Assembly (NCBI GenBank): GCA_964016885.1 | Contig: OZ024745.1 | Coordinates: 50,344,001 to 50,408,000 of the forward strand | Reading direction: 5' to 3' | Length of the DNA: 64,000 nt | Origin: Eledone cirrhosa | Taxonomy: Eukaryota | Shown: in pieces, positions 60,181 to 64,000 of the stretch | Numbering within the stretch: position 1 is the first letter of the stretch | Layout: every line of letters begins with the position of its first letter | Notes under the pieces: model-generated | Told to the model about the DNA's origin: nothing | The model's input: the letters and a program-made list of their open reading frames with translations, nothing else | The model's database searches: none | Position numbers and translations under genes: made by a program

Positions 60181-60881
60181 GCGTGTATGTGTGTGTGGGG
60201 GGGGGGGATGCTTGCGTTTACTGCTTATGTCTCAAAACATACCGGTTCAACAAAAAGTGATCGATACTTGAAAAAATAAAGAAATAAATACTGCCCCAGC
60301 AGTACTTTACTTGTACTGTATCTTATATTGACTCCGGAAGCCGTTGAACTCAGATTATAACAAAGTAATGTAATAAAATCTCGCACAGTATGTTAAAACT
60401 GTAGTAAATGTCGTATAAAACGTCTATCATGCTGAAAAAAAGATGGTAAAATGTGTATGTCTGTGTGCACGGGAGGAGAGAGTGTTGCGGTGGTGTTTTT
60501 TTTTTTTTTTTTTTTTTTTTGTTAATCCAACACAGTGACAAGACAGAGATAAAGAGAGAGAGAGAGAGGGAGAGGGAGAGAGAGAGAGAAAGAGAATGTT
60601 AATAAGTCTTTATGGAAAGAGGGTGGTAGACAGCGATTTCTTAAAATCCTAAACGATTATATTATTCATATATATTTGTTTTTTGTTTGTTTGTTTTTTG
60701 TTTTCTTTTTTGTTTATTTTAGTCTTTACTGGACCTTTTTTCTGTTTCTCCATTGTGATCCTGTCTCTATTTGTACTCCATAAGCCCGACACGTCGAACT
60801 TTCCTTCTTCTTTCCAATATAAAGTGTGAAACTAATAAGACTTTTTGTACCGGTTTGTTGTCTCCTTAAACTATATATATA

Positions 60882-61930
60882 TGCTAGCAGCTGAGCCCGG
60901 TTGCACCCGGGGCCACTTTTTATTAAGTTAATAATTTGAAAAATATTATTGAAAGTTTATTATAAAGAAGCAGTTTCAGGAAAAAAAATAGAAATATGCA
61001 CTTTGGGCTGGACGGCGTACAATGAGAAGTGGAGCGACGTGAAAAGCGTTGTTTATTAACAGCGAAATAGCAATGTCGATGATATGCAAGTTTGAAAATG
61101 CAGATTATGAAGGTTTGTATGATAGTTTACACTTTGATTGCCCTGGTCAGCAAGAGGGGCCTCTATATATTAGACGTTTATTAGAAGAGGGGGAAATAAC
61201 TAACCCCAGTATTAGAACAGGGGGTTTGCAATGTAAGGGTTTTATTTCTTTTGTTTGAAAACAGTGACCTTTTTCGGTTTGGCATTTCGTAAAATTCTAC
61301 TGCAGAATCGATTTCATAAAACGGTACTGTATGATCGTTATAGTAGTATTTAAATTTAATATAGAGCAACTGTAATTGAAAAATGAAAATGAAATGTACT
61401 ATAGAAGGCAATCTGCATTTTCAAACTTGCATATCATCGACATTGCTATTTCGCTGTTAATAAACAACGCTTTTCACGTCGCTCCACTTCTCATTGTACG
61501 GCGTCCAGCCCCAGGTGCATATTTCTATTTTTTTCCCTGAAACTGCTTCTTTATAATAAACTTTCAATAATATTTTTCAAAAACAGCGAAAGAACGTTGT
61601 GTTTGATATGTTATGAAAAAATTGATGAGTTTAAAAATTTGTATGAAATTGTAAATAAGACAATGAATATTGAAAGCGACTACGGAAAATAACTCATCCA
61701 AGTATTAGAACAGGGGGAAATAACTCACCGGAAGCGATAGTAAATAGACCGTTTGGGGGCCCTAGGGACCACATTTTTCAAGTTAGAGATTTGAAACCTC
61801 GTCTATTTGCTTCCTTGGCACGTTTTACATAGGTGTGTAAATTTTCATGTACGTCCGACCACGTCTACCACCATTTAACCGTGCACAACTGAATTTCAAC
61901 CACCACCCATTTCACAAATATATATTAGAT
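60882..61930 (+). mobile_element. Non-autonomous Helitron/Helentron-like element with an internal inverted duplication
   Basis: Starts CTAGCAGCTGAGCCCGGTTGCACCCGGG after (TA)n and ends ATATATATTAGAT. Internal inverted arms at about 60941-61106 and 61410-61580. Confidence 0.5.
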
Positions 61931-62123
61931 ATATAATAATAAAGTATGAATTGCTACGTGTAAAAAATACATATAGGGAAACAAGTATTATCCAACCGTA
62001 TGCCAATGTGGTTCTATGGCGGGTTAATAAATTAACAAGCCAGAACATATAAAATCAAGGTCTAGCAAATAGAGAAAAAGGTTTAAAATAAATTTAAAAA
62101 AATTCGCAGTACTTACTATATGT

Positions 62124-62205
62124 GCCTTTACCGCGGTTTCATGCTCCAGAATAAACGGAAAATCCAAGCGGATTTCCATTGAGAAGGGAACAATCTTCAG
62201 AAGGC
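62124..62205 (-). ncRNA. Type I hammerhead motif with extended loop II
   Basis: GCCTT-CTGAAGA-TTGTTCC...GGAGCAT-GAAAC-CGCG-GTA-AAGGC. Confidence 0.8.
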
Positions 62206-62584
62206 TCTTCTCCCTCGGAGAATATAAAATTCACGAGTTCAAATCACAAACTGACGCCATACAAAACCATTCCGAAATGAGAGCGAATGATGAAAGAAAT
62301 AATTCTGTCTGGTGCCGTGTGCAAAGACAAAAAGTAGGGTGGACAGGTCAATGTCCTGTCACTAGAAATAGCAGCAGTCCAAACGGCCAAAATCTTATCT
62401 CTACCTTAGAACCACATTGGCATTCGGTTGGATAATACTTGTTTCCCTATATGTATTTTTTACACGTAGGAATTCATACTTTATTATTATTGATCTTCCC
62501 CTAAGGTAGAGATAAAATTTTGGCCGTTTGGACTGCTGCTATTAAAATTTATTTTAAAACTTTTTCTCTATTTGCTAGACCTTG

Positions 62585-62637
<53 letters not shown>

Positions 62638-62851
62638 ATAATAATAATAAAATTGAAGACTAAAATCCAAAGAGGGCTCGATAAGGAAAATATATATCAA
62701 ATATATAAGAACCGTAGAGCAAATATTTATTAAAATAACAGATTAAAGTTTAAGCAAAGAATCGCTGCTTTCACCCTTAACGGGATCTTCTGAAGATCCC
62801 GTTAAGGGTGAAAGCAGCGATTCTTTGCTTAAACTTTAATCTGTTATTTTA

Positions 62852-62893
<42 letters not shown>

Positions 62894-63165
62894 AAATAGA
62901 AAAAAGGAAAAAATTCAGAAGAAAATGCTGGAGGGGTTCTTTCAGTATAATATCGAAAACTTTTATTTATAAAGTGGGTATTTCCGCATTTAATAGTGGT
63001 ACCGGTTTCAGCATTTTATGCTTATTCCATGGTGGATGTGCAAAGTGCAGTTAAGCTGCATATTTATACGCAAAATAATAATAAAATGGGAAAGAAAAAT
63101 TATTAGTTTTTACATACATATTTAGAGAGGAGAGTTCATATCTCGGTCCAAGGTTGTCCTTCGTT

Positions 63166-63224
<59 letters not shown>

Positions 63225-63839
63225 TATATATATGTATAGTGACATTAAGAATTGCAGATTTTTGTGAAACTTTGGGAACAATGATTTCACTGTGGTTGAT
63301 GTTATTTAATAAATCAAATCTTTACAATAAGTCGTTATTGATATTAGTTCTGGTAAGTACTTATTAACTTTTTAATCACCAATATCTCTTAGATCATTTC
63401 TATCTGACCCTCTCAACAAAACCCTAATATCATTCTCACTCCATCTTCACTTCCTAATCATAAGAAAAATGACAAAAAATGTCATTTAAAAATTTTATTT
63501 CTATTTTTTTTTTATTTCTCCCTTTCATCTGTACATACTGTCTTACACCGCTCTACTCCTAGACCCCCCCCCCATCTTCTCCCTCTCTCTTTATATAAAT
63601 ATATATGTATGTATACATCTTCAACGTAACACAACAGACCAGTTTGAAAATACCTCTGAATGCAAGAAAGTTTTTAAAAGTTAACAAGTACTTACCAGAA
63701 CTAATATCAATAACGACTTATTGTAAAGATTTGATTTATTAAAGAACATCAACCACCAGTGAAGTCATTCTTCCTCTTTTTTCAAATTTATCTTACTGTC
63801 CTCAGGAATTACCTTCATTTTCTTATACACACACACACA

Positions 63840-63959
<120 letters not shown>

Positions 63960-64000
63960 TGTATATATAGTGTATTTTGCAATGCACTGTATGCTTAATT

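Overview
This is eukaryotic, AT-rich, microsatellite-saturated genomic DNA; the SINE and repeat repertoire suggests a coleoid cephalopod (Octopus-like), which is an inference. There is one host gene: a three-exon PRDM13 orthologue (+ strand, 44735-58434; PR/SET domain plus C2H2 fingers; 632 aa with consistent intron phases). The rest is mobile DNA: a full-length but frameshifted Tx1/L1-like LINE with an 11-bp TSD (10474-16124, -), a frameshifted RTE LINE (22939-26235, -), two Penelope-like (PLE) GIY-YIG 3' fragments, RTE and CRE-like fragments, many tRNA-derived SINEs, a Helitron-like element and a mariner-like MITE. The most striking hidden signal is a dense set of about 20 type I hammerhead-ribozyme motifs from several unrelated families, some complete and some partial. 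They sit in short non-coding elements inside (TA)n tracts, and many are folded into DNA palindromes whose centre falls on the ribozyme. They include a recurrent U-U pair at the base of helix II and compensatory U3-A8 core variants. Separately, the Tx1-like LINE has a consensus 39-nt GT-AG intron-like spacer that would fuse ORF1 in frame to ORF2. Nearly all ORF-track entries are microsatellite artefacts. All folds and alignments were done by eye.
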